Assembly: GCA_964500725.1 (NCBI GenBank)
Contig: CAZCNP010000002.1
Coordinates: forward strand, 5,347 to 69,346
DNA: 64,000 nt
DNA from: an uncultured Gammaproteobacteria bacterium
GTDB taxonomy: Bacteria > Patescibacteriota > Microgenomatia > Daviesbacterales > UBA10151
Reading direction: 5' to 3'
Under the pieces are notes generated by a model. The model did no database searches. It was not told the origin of the DNA and saw only the letters and a program-made list of their open reading frames with translations. Made by a program: the position numbers and the translations under genes. Below, piece by piece: positions 18,308 through 26,593 of the stretch. The first letter of the stretch is position 1. Every line of letters starts with the position of its first letter.

Positions 18308-18335
18308 TTGACTATTTGAACTGAGGTGCTATACT
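18308..18335 (+). promoter_or_regulatory. Near-consensus sigma70 promoter (TTGACT-16-TATACT) for the 18359 orphan gene
   Basis: TTGACT at 18308..18313 and TATACT at 18330..18335. Predicted TSS is about 18342, 17 nt before the ATG, with no SD. Confidence 0.55.
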
Positions 18336-18358
18336 CCTGTTTTATACTGTCAAATAAT

Positions 18359-18775
18359 ATGGCTATTATAGAACAAGAACAACAATCCGCACGAGAACAG
18401 GCCGCCCAAGTAATTGCTGCGCAAGCACACAAAAGATTGGCTTTTTATAGGTTGACCCAAATTCAGCAGGCTGGTCAAGAGTCTCTACTACCACTTCCTA
18501 TTAATGATGCGAGAGGTAATAAATACACGGTAGATGAGAGGGTTGGCTTTGTTGCATGGCTTATGGCTCATTATCATGTTGATGAAGAAATGACGAGGAA
18601 AAGACGAAGGGCAGACGAGGAAGAGGAACTAGCACCAAGACAGTTAACTCGGCAGGAAGCTGCTTTAGTAAGAGAGCAAGAGGCAGCAAGACAAGAACGA
18701 GACAGAGGCGCTAAAAGAGAAAGAATCTTCGGATCTGGTCCTTTTCAAGACTCAAGACCGAATCTAGATATTTAA
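18359..18775 (+). CDS. Hypothetical protein (138 aa) with an Arg/Glu-rich low-complexity C-terminus; GC-rich
   Basis: The ATG at 18359 is downstream of the promoter. The ORF track starts at the GTG at 18326 inside the -10 element, so the shorter start is preferred. The C-terminus reads RKRRRADEEEELAPRQLTRQEAALVREQEAARQERDRGAKRER. Confidence 0.5.
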   Translation: MAIIEQEQQSAREQAAQVIAAQAHKRLAFYRLTQIQQAGQESLLPLPINDARGNKYTVDERVGFVAWLMAHYHVDEEMTRKRRRADEEEELAPRQLTRQEAALVREQEAARQERDRGAKRERIFGSGPFQDSRPNLDI

Positions 18776-18834
18776 CTTTATTTGTATTTAAAATTTCCTT
18801 GCAAAAAGATTTGGTGAAGGTGTATTGTTAGGGT

Positions 18835-19113
18835 ATGTTTGGATTTAGCAGGAAAAGGTTTCTAATTACATTAGGGGTAAGTGTGGTAGTGTGGTATGGA
18901 AGTGTATTGGTTCAGGGTATAACTGGGTATAAAGCACCTTTTAATGCTTTATTCTCAGGATCTATCTGTAAGGTAACAGGATTTCCTATATCTTTGTGTT
19001 TATATGGACGTTGGGTTTGGCTAGTAAATATAATTAATATAACTTTTTGGTTTTTGATCTTACATTTCCTTTGGAAATGGTTTGAGAATAGAAGAGTGTC
19101 TTCTAGGAAATAA
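18835..19113 (+). CDS. Small membrane protein (92 aa, two TM helices), hypothetical
   Basis: Hydrophobic ORF preceded by TTGCAA..TATTGT promoter-like elements. Its 3' end overlaps the convergent lipase gene by about 50 nt. Confidence 0.4.
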   Translation: MFGFSRKRFLITLGVSVVVWYGSVLVQGITGYKAPFNALFSGSICKVTGFPISLCLYGRWVWLVNIINITFWFLILHFLWKWFENRRVSSRK

Positions 19114-22104
19114 ATTTGGCAATTGTTTGCCGAAGGAAAAAACATTCCCCCAGGACTGAAATGTAAAAAACAATCCCAGGCTTACTATTGAAACTATTGT
19201 GCCGGAAGTTACTAGTAATCCTCCTAAACTTTGTGCGATAGGGGTGTTTGTAATTTTTTCTGCAGGTAGATTATTTTGTTTATTTAAGATACCGCTGACT
19301 GTAATTTGGTCCGCAATATGTGAAGGGTTTTCAAACTTTAATCCTAATACCCCTGGTGGGGAAGATAAAGTATTAGCAGATTGTTCTATTGAAACAACGT
19401 TTGTGGAGCTGATAGTTGAAGACTCCGTAGAAGAGTTAGGATTTGACGAGTTGTTAGAATCTGATGAACTACTTGAAACAGCCCCGCTACTGGAAATTGG
19501 TGCAGGGGTAGGAGTTGTTGGCACAGCTATTTCAATAATTATAGTTTGAGGAACTTCTTCATTTCCTAGATTATCTATAGCTTTTATTTGCAGAGTAGTT
19601 ATCCCTGGAGATGAGATAGTAAATGGCCCTGTATAGATTTGGACTGTTTGACCGTTGTCTAAGCTGTATTCAATTTTTAATATACCAGCTTCAGAATCAG
19701 TGCCTGTTAAAGTAATGGTAACTGGACCTGTATAAATTCCAGAAATATCTTTAGTCCCAGAAATTTGAATAGAAGTTGTGGGTGGTGTCTGATCAAAAGC
19801 AGTATTTCCTTCAACTTCACTGGTAAAGGTAATGGTTGAACTGGCAGGTTGGGTTTCATCTGGATAATAAGTTAAGGTTGGGGAGGTATCAGAAGATGGG
19901 TCTAAATCAAATTCAATTTTGCCATTTTCATCAATTGTTAGATCTTTGTAGATAGTTGTTTTGGAAATTTTATCTTGTCTGTAAGTCCGTTTTTTAATAT
20001 TAGTGGTTTTTGAAGTGGTAGCTTTTCTTTTACGGGTAGCCTTGACTTTTACTTTAGCAGCTTTTTTCTTAACAAAAGCATGTTTGGTATTTCCAGAAAC
20101 AGTACAAGTCACATTAGGAATATTCTCTTCAATTTCTCCATTACTGTTTAATCCGCAGTGTCGGTTTTGGTCATCATATAAATCTAACTCCCCATCATCC
20201 AAGGAGATTTGGTCTCCTTCCAAGACAAATTTTTGCTCCTGTGCTTCTACAGGTAAGGAATTATCATCATTTAATATAGCTTTGACTGTTTGCATAGCTG
20301 TGCCATTTGAAGAAACCAAATTACTGTGCTCTTGTTCTACATAGTAAAGCTTGTTTGCTCCAGAAATATCTAAGGAATCATTTTTTAAAGAGGCGCTGTA
20401 TAAAGGCACAGTACCATCACCATTTATAAAAATCTCATCAGTTTTAGGAATCAAGTTAATAGGCCAGGTAATCCACCAGGTTTCATGAATTTGCCCAAGA
20501 GTGGGTTGGGAAGCGCCAACAATTTCAAAAACTGTCACATTATTTGTTTGGTTGTAGTTGGGATCAAGTGAGGTATGAAGTTCTTCTCCTAAACCAAAAG
20601 TTGTCATGTTATAACTTAAATTAGTTAGTAAAGATTTGGTTTGGTTGTAAGTCAGAGAATTTGTAACATTATTATTATCAATATCCCGATCATCTCGGAA
20701 TGGGTAGGGATAGTTTGTATCTGAATTATTATAGAAATTAAAATAACTTGTAGAAGGTAGGAGTTGAAATCCAGAGGTTAGATTTTGAAATATGTCTTTA
20801 ACTTCATTGGGGATGATTCCTATTTTAAAGAGATAAAGATCACGAGCTAACCATGTCCCAAACATAAGTGCTTTCAACGCATGAGGAGAGCCTAAATGGG
20901 GAACACCGAGCTCTATTAATTTATTAACCTTAGCTGCCTTTGTAGTATCTGAAATATAATACCTGACAACTAAACCTCCCATTGAATGAACTACTAAATT
21001 AACCTTTGGTTGTCCTGAGGCTGTTTTTGCTTGCTCTATTAAAGCATCCAAACTATCTTTGGTAGATCTAACATCTTTTCTCCAGTCATATGGAAATACA
21101 AAATAATTTGTACCCTTGGTATAGCCCATGTCTGTAAAGAATGAATCTATTTCTGAATACCCAAAAGAAGTTAAATTCCCTGTTAAAGAAATATCTGCTT
21201 CAGAAGTAACACCATCTGCTTTTAATTTTAAAACATCAAAATAATCATCATCTCCTAGCTCTGCTGCTTTGTCTTGATTGACCCAAATTTTTTCTCCTTC
21301 CGAGTAAGCATGAGAGTATATACCTGCATGTCCATCATCAGCAGACCAGATAATATCTTGTGAAGCTTTCATCTCAGATCCTCCAATTCCAGGAATAAAA
21401 ATTACTGGTAATCTTGGAGGAGGAGGGGGTGGAGAGGTATTGCTTAAAATAAAATACAAATCATCCCTCGGAGTGGTAAAAACAATACAACCTGAATTTG
21501 AAGTTTGAGAGTTCCATCTATAAGAGGAAGCATTACAAGAACCATTATCATAAGAGTATCTTAAGCCTCCTTCTGAAAAATAATCATTGGCAGTACCATT
21601 ATATGTGGCAGAACCCATCAACATTTTTGATCCCCCAGAGCTAAATCTATTGGCATTGGTAATTAGGATCAAATATCTATGTCCTGGAATAAATTCATAA
21701 TTTCTGCAGGAAAAATCTATAGTTACATCTATATACCCTGCAGGAACATTAGTTGTTGAAAAAGCTAATCCAGCTAGTTGTCCTTCAGTAGGGGTACCAT
21801 CTGGGATGCAACTTATTATATAGGTATTGGTGGTTTTGTCATAAATTCTGCTATTTAAACCTGTATAATCAAATTGTCGATCAACAGGCATTGCTGTTGA
21901 GACTCTAAAAGTAAAACTTTGGGCTGTGCCAGAAAGATTAGTACCCAATTCTTGAATGGCCTTCCATGTATTCAAAGGTGAGTTATATTCAGTAGTTTGT
22001 TCTGCAATAGACACAGCATAAACTGGAGGAGGGGACAAAAGCGCAAAAATTCCTCCCAAAAGGGCAAAACCAGCAAGAAGTTTAACTGGCAGGTGTATAT
22101 TCAC
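19060..22104 (-). CDS. Large secreted/surface-anchored alpha/beta-hydrolase (lipase/PGAP1-like) protein with an Ig-like domain, Ser-rich stalk and C-terminal TM anchor
   Basis: 1014 aa. Signal peptide (MNIHLPVKLLAGFALLGG), PPPPPPRLPVIFIPGIGGSE, then VVHSMGG (GxSxG lipase nucleophile elbow), then a YSLDNGQTVQIYTGPFTIS Ig-like region, then SSSGAVSSSSSDSNNSSNPNSS linker and a C-terminal hydrophobic helix. Confidence 0.75.
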   Translation of the reverse strand: MNIHLPVKLLAGFALLGGIFALLSPPPVYAVSIAEQTTEYNSPLNTWKAIQELGTNLSGTAQSFTFRVSTAMPVDRQFDYTGLNSRIYDKTTNTYIISCIPDGTPTEGQLAGLAFSTTNVPAGYIDVTIDFSCRNYEFIPGHRYLILITNANRFSSGGSKMLMGSATYNGTANDYFSEGGLRYSYDNGSCNASSYRWNSQTSNSGCIVFTTPRDDLYFILSNTSPPPPPPRLPVIFIPGIGGSEMKASQDIIWSADDGHAGIYSHAYSEGEKIWVNQDKAAELGDDDYFDVLKLKADGVTSEADISLTGNLTSFGYSEIDSFFTDMGYTKGTNYFVFPYDWRKDVRSTKDSLDALIEQAKTASGQPKVNLVVHSMGGLVVRYYISDTTKAAKVNKLIELGVPHLGSPHALKALMFGTWLARDLYLFKIGIIPNEVKDIFQNLTSGFQLLPSTSYFNFYNNSDTNYPYPFRDDRDIDNNNVTNSLTYNQTKSLLTNLSYNMTTFGLGEELHTSLDPNYNQTNNVTVFEIVGASQPTLGQIHETWWITWPINLIPKTDEIFINGDGTVPLYSASLKNDSLDISGANKLYYVEQEHSNLVSSNGTAMQTVKAILNDDNSLPVEAQEQKFVLEGDQISLDDGELDLYDDQNRHCGLNSNGEIEENIPNVTCTVSGNTKHAFVKKKAAKVKVKATRKRKATTSKTTNIKKRTYRQDKISKTTIYKDLTIDENGKIEFDLDPSSDTSPTLTYYPDETQPASSTITFTSEVEGNTAFDQTPPTTSIQISGTKDISGIYTGPVTITLTGTDSEAGILKIEYSLDNGQTVQIYTGPFTISSPGITTLQIKAIDNLGNEEVPQTIIIEIAVPTTPTPAPISSSGAVSSSSSDSNNSSNPNSSTESSTISSTNVVSIEQSANTLSSPPGVLGLKFENPSHIADQITVSGILNKQNNLPAEKITNTPIAQSLGGLLVTSGTIVSIVSLGLFFTFQSWGNVFSFGKQLPNLFPRRHSSILKPFPKEM

Positions 22105-22177
22105 TTTTTACAAGGCAATTGTCAGTCATGAAAAAGGGAAAAACAATATATCTTTAAGATGATTTAAGGTAACAAAA

Positions 22178-22186
22178 TGGTATACT
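22178..22186 (+). promoter_or_regulatory. Extended -10 promoter (TGgTATACT) giving an essentially leaderless cyclophilin transcript
   Basis: TG at 22178..22179 and TATACT at 22181..22186. The ATG at 22194 is 8 nt downstream and there is no SD. Confidence 0.45.
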
Positions 22187-22193
22187 ACTTTTT

Positions 22194-22886
22194 ATGTTTA
22201 CCAATCAAAAAGCTTTAGGGATACTTTTAATTCTTTTTATCTTTGCTGCAGGAATATATTTTACTGTCTCAAAATTTAAACAAGAGGTAAGTAGCGCTAT
22301 TGTCACCGCTTCTCCTTCCCCCTCCCCTGCAGCTTTGGACTTTGTTTTTAATCGAACCCCTGCTCCTACTAATTCAGGACAACAAGCTCAACCAACAGAG
22401 CTGCCTTTATCTAAAAATAAAAGACTTTCCCAGTTCCCAGGGGTTTTAAAACCAGAAATATTGGCAAATAAAAAAGCTATTATCCAAACTACCAAAGGTA
22501 GAATTGAATTTGAAATTTACCCTGAAGCCTCAGCAGCTGCTTCTAACTTTATGCTTTTGGCTGCTAATGGTTTTTATGATGGCTTAACTTTTCATAGGGT
22601 GGAAGATTGGGTGATTCAAGGTGGAGATCCTACTGGCACAGGCACTGGAGGACCAGGTTATCAGTTTGCTGATGAGCCAGTAACCAGATCATATATTAAA
22701 GGGGTAGTGGCTATGGCAAATGCAGGGCCTAATACTAATGGCAGCCAATTTTTTATATTGAAAACAGATTATCCTCTTCAGCCTGACTACACTATTTTTG
22801 GGCAGGTAATTGCTGGACAAGAAATGGTAGATCAAATAACTGTTGGGGATATCATGCAGAAGGTAGTTATCCAAAATCTTCAATAG
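22194..22886 (+). CDS. Peptidyl-prolyl cis-trans isomerase, cyclophilin type, membrane-anchored with a Pro/Ser linker
   Basis: FHRVEDWVIQGGDPTGTGTGG and MANAGPNTNGSQFFI cyclophilin motifs after an N-terminal TM and an SPSPSPAA linker. Confidence 0.88.
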   Translation: MFTNQKALGILLILFIFAAGIYFTVSKFKQEVSSAIVTASPSPSPAALDFVFNRTPAPTNSGQQAQPTELPLSKNKRLSQFPGVLKPEILANKKAIIQTTKGRIEFEIYPEASAAASNFMLLAANGFYDGLTFHRVEDWVIQGGDPTGTGTGGPGYQFADEPVTRSYIKGVVAMANAGPNTNGSQFFILKTDYPLQPDYTIFGQVIAGQEMVDQITVGDIMQKVVIQNLQ

Positions 22887-22902
22887 TGAGCGGAGTCGAA
22901 CT

Positions 22903-22918
22903 ACACAATATATTGTGT
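22903..22918 (+). promoter_or_regulatory. NrdR box (perfect palindrome ACACAATATATTGTGT)
   Basis: Matches the NrdR-box consensus acaCwAtATaTwGtgt. It lies 45 nt upstream of nrdR-nrdJ and is followed by a TTGACA hexamer (22920..22925). Confidence 0.7.
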
Positions 22919-22962
22919 ATTGACACTTTATTATATCAACAAGTTATGCTATACTTGTTTGT

Positions 22963-23406
22963 GTGAAATGCCCATTTTGTCAAAGTAATTTATCAAAGGT
23001 AATAGATAAAAGGTCTGTTGAAAGCCGCGGAGAGATCAGGCGCCGTCGGGAATGTCTAAAGTGTAGCAACCGTTTTACTACATATGAAATTAGGGCTGAG
23101 GTAGAGATTTTGGTTTTGAAAAAAGATGGTAAAAAACAGCCTTTTGATAGACAGAAATTGGAAAGAGGATTGGTTAGAGCTTTGGAAAAGAGACCAGGTA
23201 TTGACAAGGTTTCCTTGATGCTTGATAGAATAGAGGGCCGTTTGAGGGCAAAGAAATTACAAGAGGTGCCTTCTCATCTTTTGGGAAAATGGGTGCTGGC
23301 AGAGCTTAAAAAAGCAGACCCTGTTGCTTATTTGAGATTTGCCAGTGTTTATAGAACCTTTTCTGGTCCGAAAGACTTTAAAAAAGAACTGGAAGCGTTA
23401 GCATGA
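22963..23406 (+). CDS. nrdR: Transcriptional repressor NrdR (zinc ribbon plus ATP-cone)
   Basis: MKCPFCQ..C..C zinc ribbon and ATP-cone (VIKRDG-like KKDGKKQPFDRQKL). GTG start at 22963. Confidence 0.9.
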   Translation: MKCPFCQSNLSKVIDKRSVESRGEIRRRRECLKCSNRFTTYEIRAEVEILVLKKDGKKQPFDRQKLERGLVRALEKRPGIDKVSLMLDRIEGRLRAKKLQEVPSHLLGKWVLAELKKADPVAYLRFASVYRTFSGPKDFKKELEALA

Positions 23407-26018
23407 AAAAAACAAATACCACCTTACAAGTAGTTACAGTATCTAGAACTAGCGGAAAGAAAAAACTTAATGGCCAGCATAAAACCAATGGTTTAGACAA
23501 AAACAGCAGAACCTTTGAAACCAGGTTTTTGCCTCGTTATAAAAAAATGCCTGAAATGCCTGCTGGCTTGCCAGAACCAACTTTTTCAGAAAGCTCTAAT
23601 AAAATCCTAAAAGAAAGATATTTGTTAAAAGGTGGAAATTTGGAAGTGGTGGAAACTGTGGCAGAAAGATTTTGGCATATAGCTTATGATATTGCCTCAG
23701 GTGATTTTGACCTTGCTGTTTCCTCTAAACAAGTTTTAGATACTGCTCAAAGTTTTTATACCATGATGGTCAAACAAGAATTTTTACCTAACTCTCCAAC
23801 TATTATGAATGCAGGAAAGCAAAACGGGTTGCAGTATTCTGCTTGTTTTGTTTTGCCGGTAGGTGATTCTATTGATGAAATTTTTGATAGTGTTAAATAT
23901 GCAGCACTTATCCACAAATCAGGTGGTGGAACCGGTTTTGCATTTTCTCGGCTTCGACCTAAAGATAACATCGTTGCTACAACCGGTGGGGTTGCCTCTG
24001 GGCCGGTCTCGTTTTTGAGGGTATTTAATGCTGCTACAGAAGCTATCAAACAGGGTGGTTCGAGGAGAGGTGCAAATATGGGTATTTTAAGAGTGGATCA
24101 CCCTGATATTTTGGAGTTTATCCGCTGCAAGGCAGAACTGGATGATTTAAACAGGCCAGTGTATGAAAGAATTGCTCCCCTGTTGGCTGATGATGTTGCT
24201 CGTGACTTTGTCAAAACTTTGCTTTTGGACAAACAAATTGCCAATTTTAATATTTCTGTGGCTGTGACTAATAAATTCATGGAGGCTTTGGAAAAAGGGG
24301 AAGATTATGATCTAATTTCTCCACACAGTGGAGAAGTAGTCGGTAAGTTAAATGCAAAGGCGGTTTTTGATGAAATAGTTCAAAGGGCTTGGAAAACAGG
24401 AGACCCAGGACTGATTTTTATAGATAGGATTAATGATTCTCCTGCCAACCCTGTACCTAGTTTAGAGCATATTGAAGCCACAAACCCATGTGGCGAACAA
24501 CCGCTGGCACCCTGGGATGCTTGTAATTTAGGTTCTATCAACCTGGGTAAATTTGTAAAAGAAGATGGATCAGATGTTGATTGGGAAAGACTGGGACAAA
24601 CTGCCAAATTAGCAGTTCACTTTTTGGATAATGTAGTTCAAACAAATCCTTTTACTTTAAAACAGATTTACGATGAGGTACACAAAAATAGAAGGATAGG
24701 TTTGGGCGTGATGGGTTTTGCTGATATGCTGTTTAAGCTAAAAGTAGCCTACAACAGCGATAGGGCCTTGCAGTTGGCTGGAGAAGTGATGAAGTTTATC
24801 AATGAGCAAGGGCACCAACAATCAGAGGAGTTGGCAAGAGAAAGAGGTCCTTTCCTAAACTGGGTAAATTCAATTTATGCAGATAAAGATTCCAGCGCTT
24901 TTAAAAACAGACCAGAATCTGATTCTTACAAAGGTGGAACCCCAATCAGAAATGCTACCATTACCACTATTGCTCCAACAGGAACTATTTCAATAATTGG
25001 TGATTGTTCGTCTGGAATTGAACCAGTATTTGCTTTAGCTTATATCCACAGAGCCAAAGCTGTAGGAGACCAGTATAGAACCTTGACTATTGCTAATCAA
25101 ACATTTACTGATATTGCCAAAAGAGAAGGTTTTTATTCTGATGATCTGGCAGCCAAGGTTTTAGATAATGGTTCTGTTAGCGGGGTAGACGGAGTACCAG
25201 AGCAGTGGCAACAAGTTTTTGTGACAGCCCCGGAGATTGACCCTATTTGGCATGTAAAAATGCAGGCAGCATTTCAAAGTTATACAGATAATGGAGTTTC
25301 CAAAACTATTAATTTACCCAATAGCGCAACAATTGATGATGTTCAGACTGCTTATCTTTTGGCCTGGCAGACAGGTTGTAATGGAATTACTATTTATAGA
25401 GATGGTTCAAAAAGCACCCAGGTTTTGAATGTGTCTTCTTCTTTAAATCAGAAGAAAACAGAAGATCCAGCTGCACCTGTGGCTGAAAGGCCAATGATAC
25501 TTCGGGGCAGAACTTATAAAATTTCTACTCCAGTAGGAGAAGCATTTATTACAGTTAACAGAGATGAAAATGACCAGCCATTTGAGGTATTTGTGACAGT
25601 AGGCAGGGCTGGGATGCATACAATGGCAGATGCAGAAGCTATGGGTAGGTTGGTATCTTTATCTCTTAGACTAGCTAGAGGTGCTAAAGAAACTGATCCT
25701 AAAGCAGTCGCCCAAAAGATTGTTAATCAGTTAAAAGGAATTGGCGGAGCCTCAACAGTAGGGTTTGGTAAAAATAGAGTGATGAGTTTGGCTGATGCTA
25801 TAGCTAAAGTTTTGGCAGAAGATTTGGCTATGTCCCCCCAGGTTGGAGGGATGGAAACAATACCTTTAAATTTAACAATTAGTGACGATCCAGAGCCTGT
25901 TGGTTATAGCTCTCAGCCCAAAATTAATGCTGATCTTTGTCCAGAATGTGGGTCAGCTTCTTTTGTGATGGAAGAAGGCTGCAAAAAGTGCCATTCTTGC
26001 GGTTACTCCATGTGCTAG
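23403..26018 (+). CDS. nrdJ: Adenosylcobalamin-dependent ribonucleotide reductase (class II)
   Basis: TNPCGEQPL..CNLGSINL active-site region, typical NrdJ length, and a C-terminal CPECGS..CKKCHSCGYSMC zinc ribbon. The N-terminal Lys-rich 48 aa may not be translated; the alternative start is the ATG at 23547. ATGA overlap with nrdR. Confidence 0.88.
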   Translation: MKKTNTTLQVVTVSRTSGKKKLNGQHKTNGLDKNSRTFETRFLPRYKKMPEMPAGLPEPTFSESSNKILKERYLLKGGNLEVVETVAERFWHIAYDIASGDFDLAVSSKQVLDTAQSFYTMMVKQEFLPNSPTIMNAGKQNGLQYSACFVLPVGDSIDEIFDSVKYAALIHKSGGGTGFAFSRLRPKDNIVATTGGVASGPVSFLRVFNAATEAIKQGGSRRGANMGILRVDHPDILEFIRCKAELDDLNRPVYERIAPLLADDVARDFVKTLLLDKQIANFNISVAVTNKFMEALEKGEDYDLISPHSGEVVGKLNAKAVFDEIVQRAWKTGDPGLIFIDRINDSPANPVPSLEHIEATNPCGEQPLAPWDACNLGSINLGKFVKEDGSDVDWERLGQTAKLAVHFLDNVVQTNPFTLKQIYDEVHKNRRIGLGVMGFADMLFKLKVAYNSDRALQLAGEVMKFINEQGHQQSEELARERGPFLNWVNSIYADKDSSAFKNRPESDSYKGGTPIRNATITTIAPTGTISIIGDCSSGIEPVFALAYIHRAKAVGDQYRTLTIANQTFTDIAKREGFYSDDLAAKVLDNGSVSGVDGVPEQWQQVFVTAPEIDPIWHVKMQAAFQSYTDNGVSKTINLPNSATIDDVQTAYLLAWQTGCNGITIYRDGSKSTQVLNVSSSLNQKKTEDPAAPVAERPMILRGRTYKISTPVGEAFITVNRDENDQPFEVFVTVGRAGMHTMADAEAMGRLVSLSLRLARGAKETDPKAVAQKIVNQLKGIGGASTVGFGKNRVMSLADAIAKVLAEDLAMSPQVGGMETIPLNLTISDDPEPVGYSSQPKINADLCPECGSASFVMEEGCKKCHSCGYSMC

Positions 26019-26021
26019 AAT

Positions 26022-26561
26022 TTGCTCATGACTGAAGAAAAGGGCTTAGTGATTTTATATACCGGTGAAGGGAAAGGCAAAACTACTGCTGCTTTGGGGT
26101 TGGTGTTAAGAGCTGTTGGCTACAAAAGAAAGTGCTTGGTTGTCCAGTTTGGCAAGATGTGGTTTACTGGTGAACTTGAAGGGGTTAAAAAGCTTGCTCC
26201 TTTTGTTAAATTTGTCCAAGGTGGTAAAGGCTTTGTAAAAATCCTAGGGGATAAACTGCCTTTATCTGAGCATAAAAAAGCAGCATTAGACACATTTAAT
26301 CTATTATATAAGGAAGCAACCTCAGGTAAATGGGATGTGGTGGTGGCTGATGAAATAGTGGGAGCAGTTTCTGCAAAAATCTTACCTCTTACTAAGCTCT
26401 TACAGCTTATTAAGCATAAACCTAAACAATTAGATTTAGTATTAACAGGCCATCATGCGCCTGATAGATTAATAGAAAAAGCAGATTTGGTAACTGAGAT
26501 GCAAGAGATAAAACATCCATACCAAAAGGGAATTTTAGCCAAAAAGGGTATTGACTTTTAG
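26022..26561 (+). CDS. cobO: ATP:cob(I)alamin adenosyltransferase, CobO/CobA/BtuR type
   Basis: GEGKGKTTAALG P-loop near the N-terminus and about 180 aa, typical of CobO-family corrinoid adenosyltransferases. Confidence 0.8.
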   Translation: MLMTEEKGLVILYTGEGKGKTTAALGLVLRAVGYKRKCLVVQFGKMWFTGELEGVKKLAPFVKFVQGGKGFVKILGDKLPLSEHKKAALDTFNLLYKEATSGKWDVVVADEIVGAVSAKILPLTKLLQLIKHKPKQLDLVLTGHHAPDRLIEKADLVTEMQEIKHPYQKGILAKKGIDF

Positions 26562-26593
26562 CACTCAAGATGGTATTCTGCTAACTGAAAAGT

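Noticed and set aside
22939-22958. Second palindrome ACAAGT-N8-ACTTGT as a second NrdR box
   Set aside because: It is 20 bp rather than 16 bp, a poor match to the consensus, and its spacing from box 1 (38 bp centre to centre) is non-canonical. It is mentioned in a finding only as a possibility.
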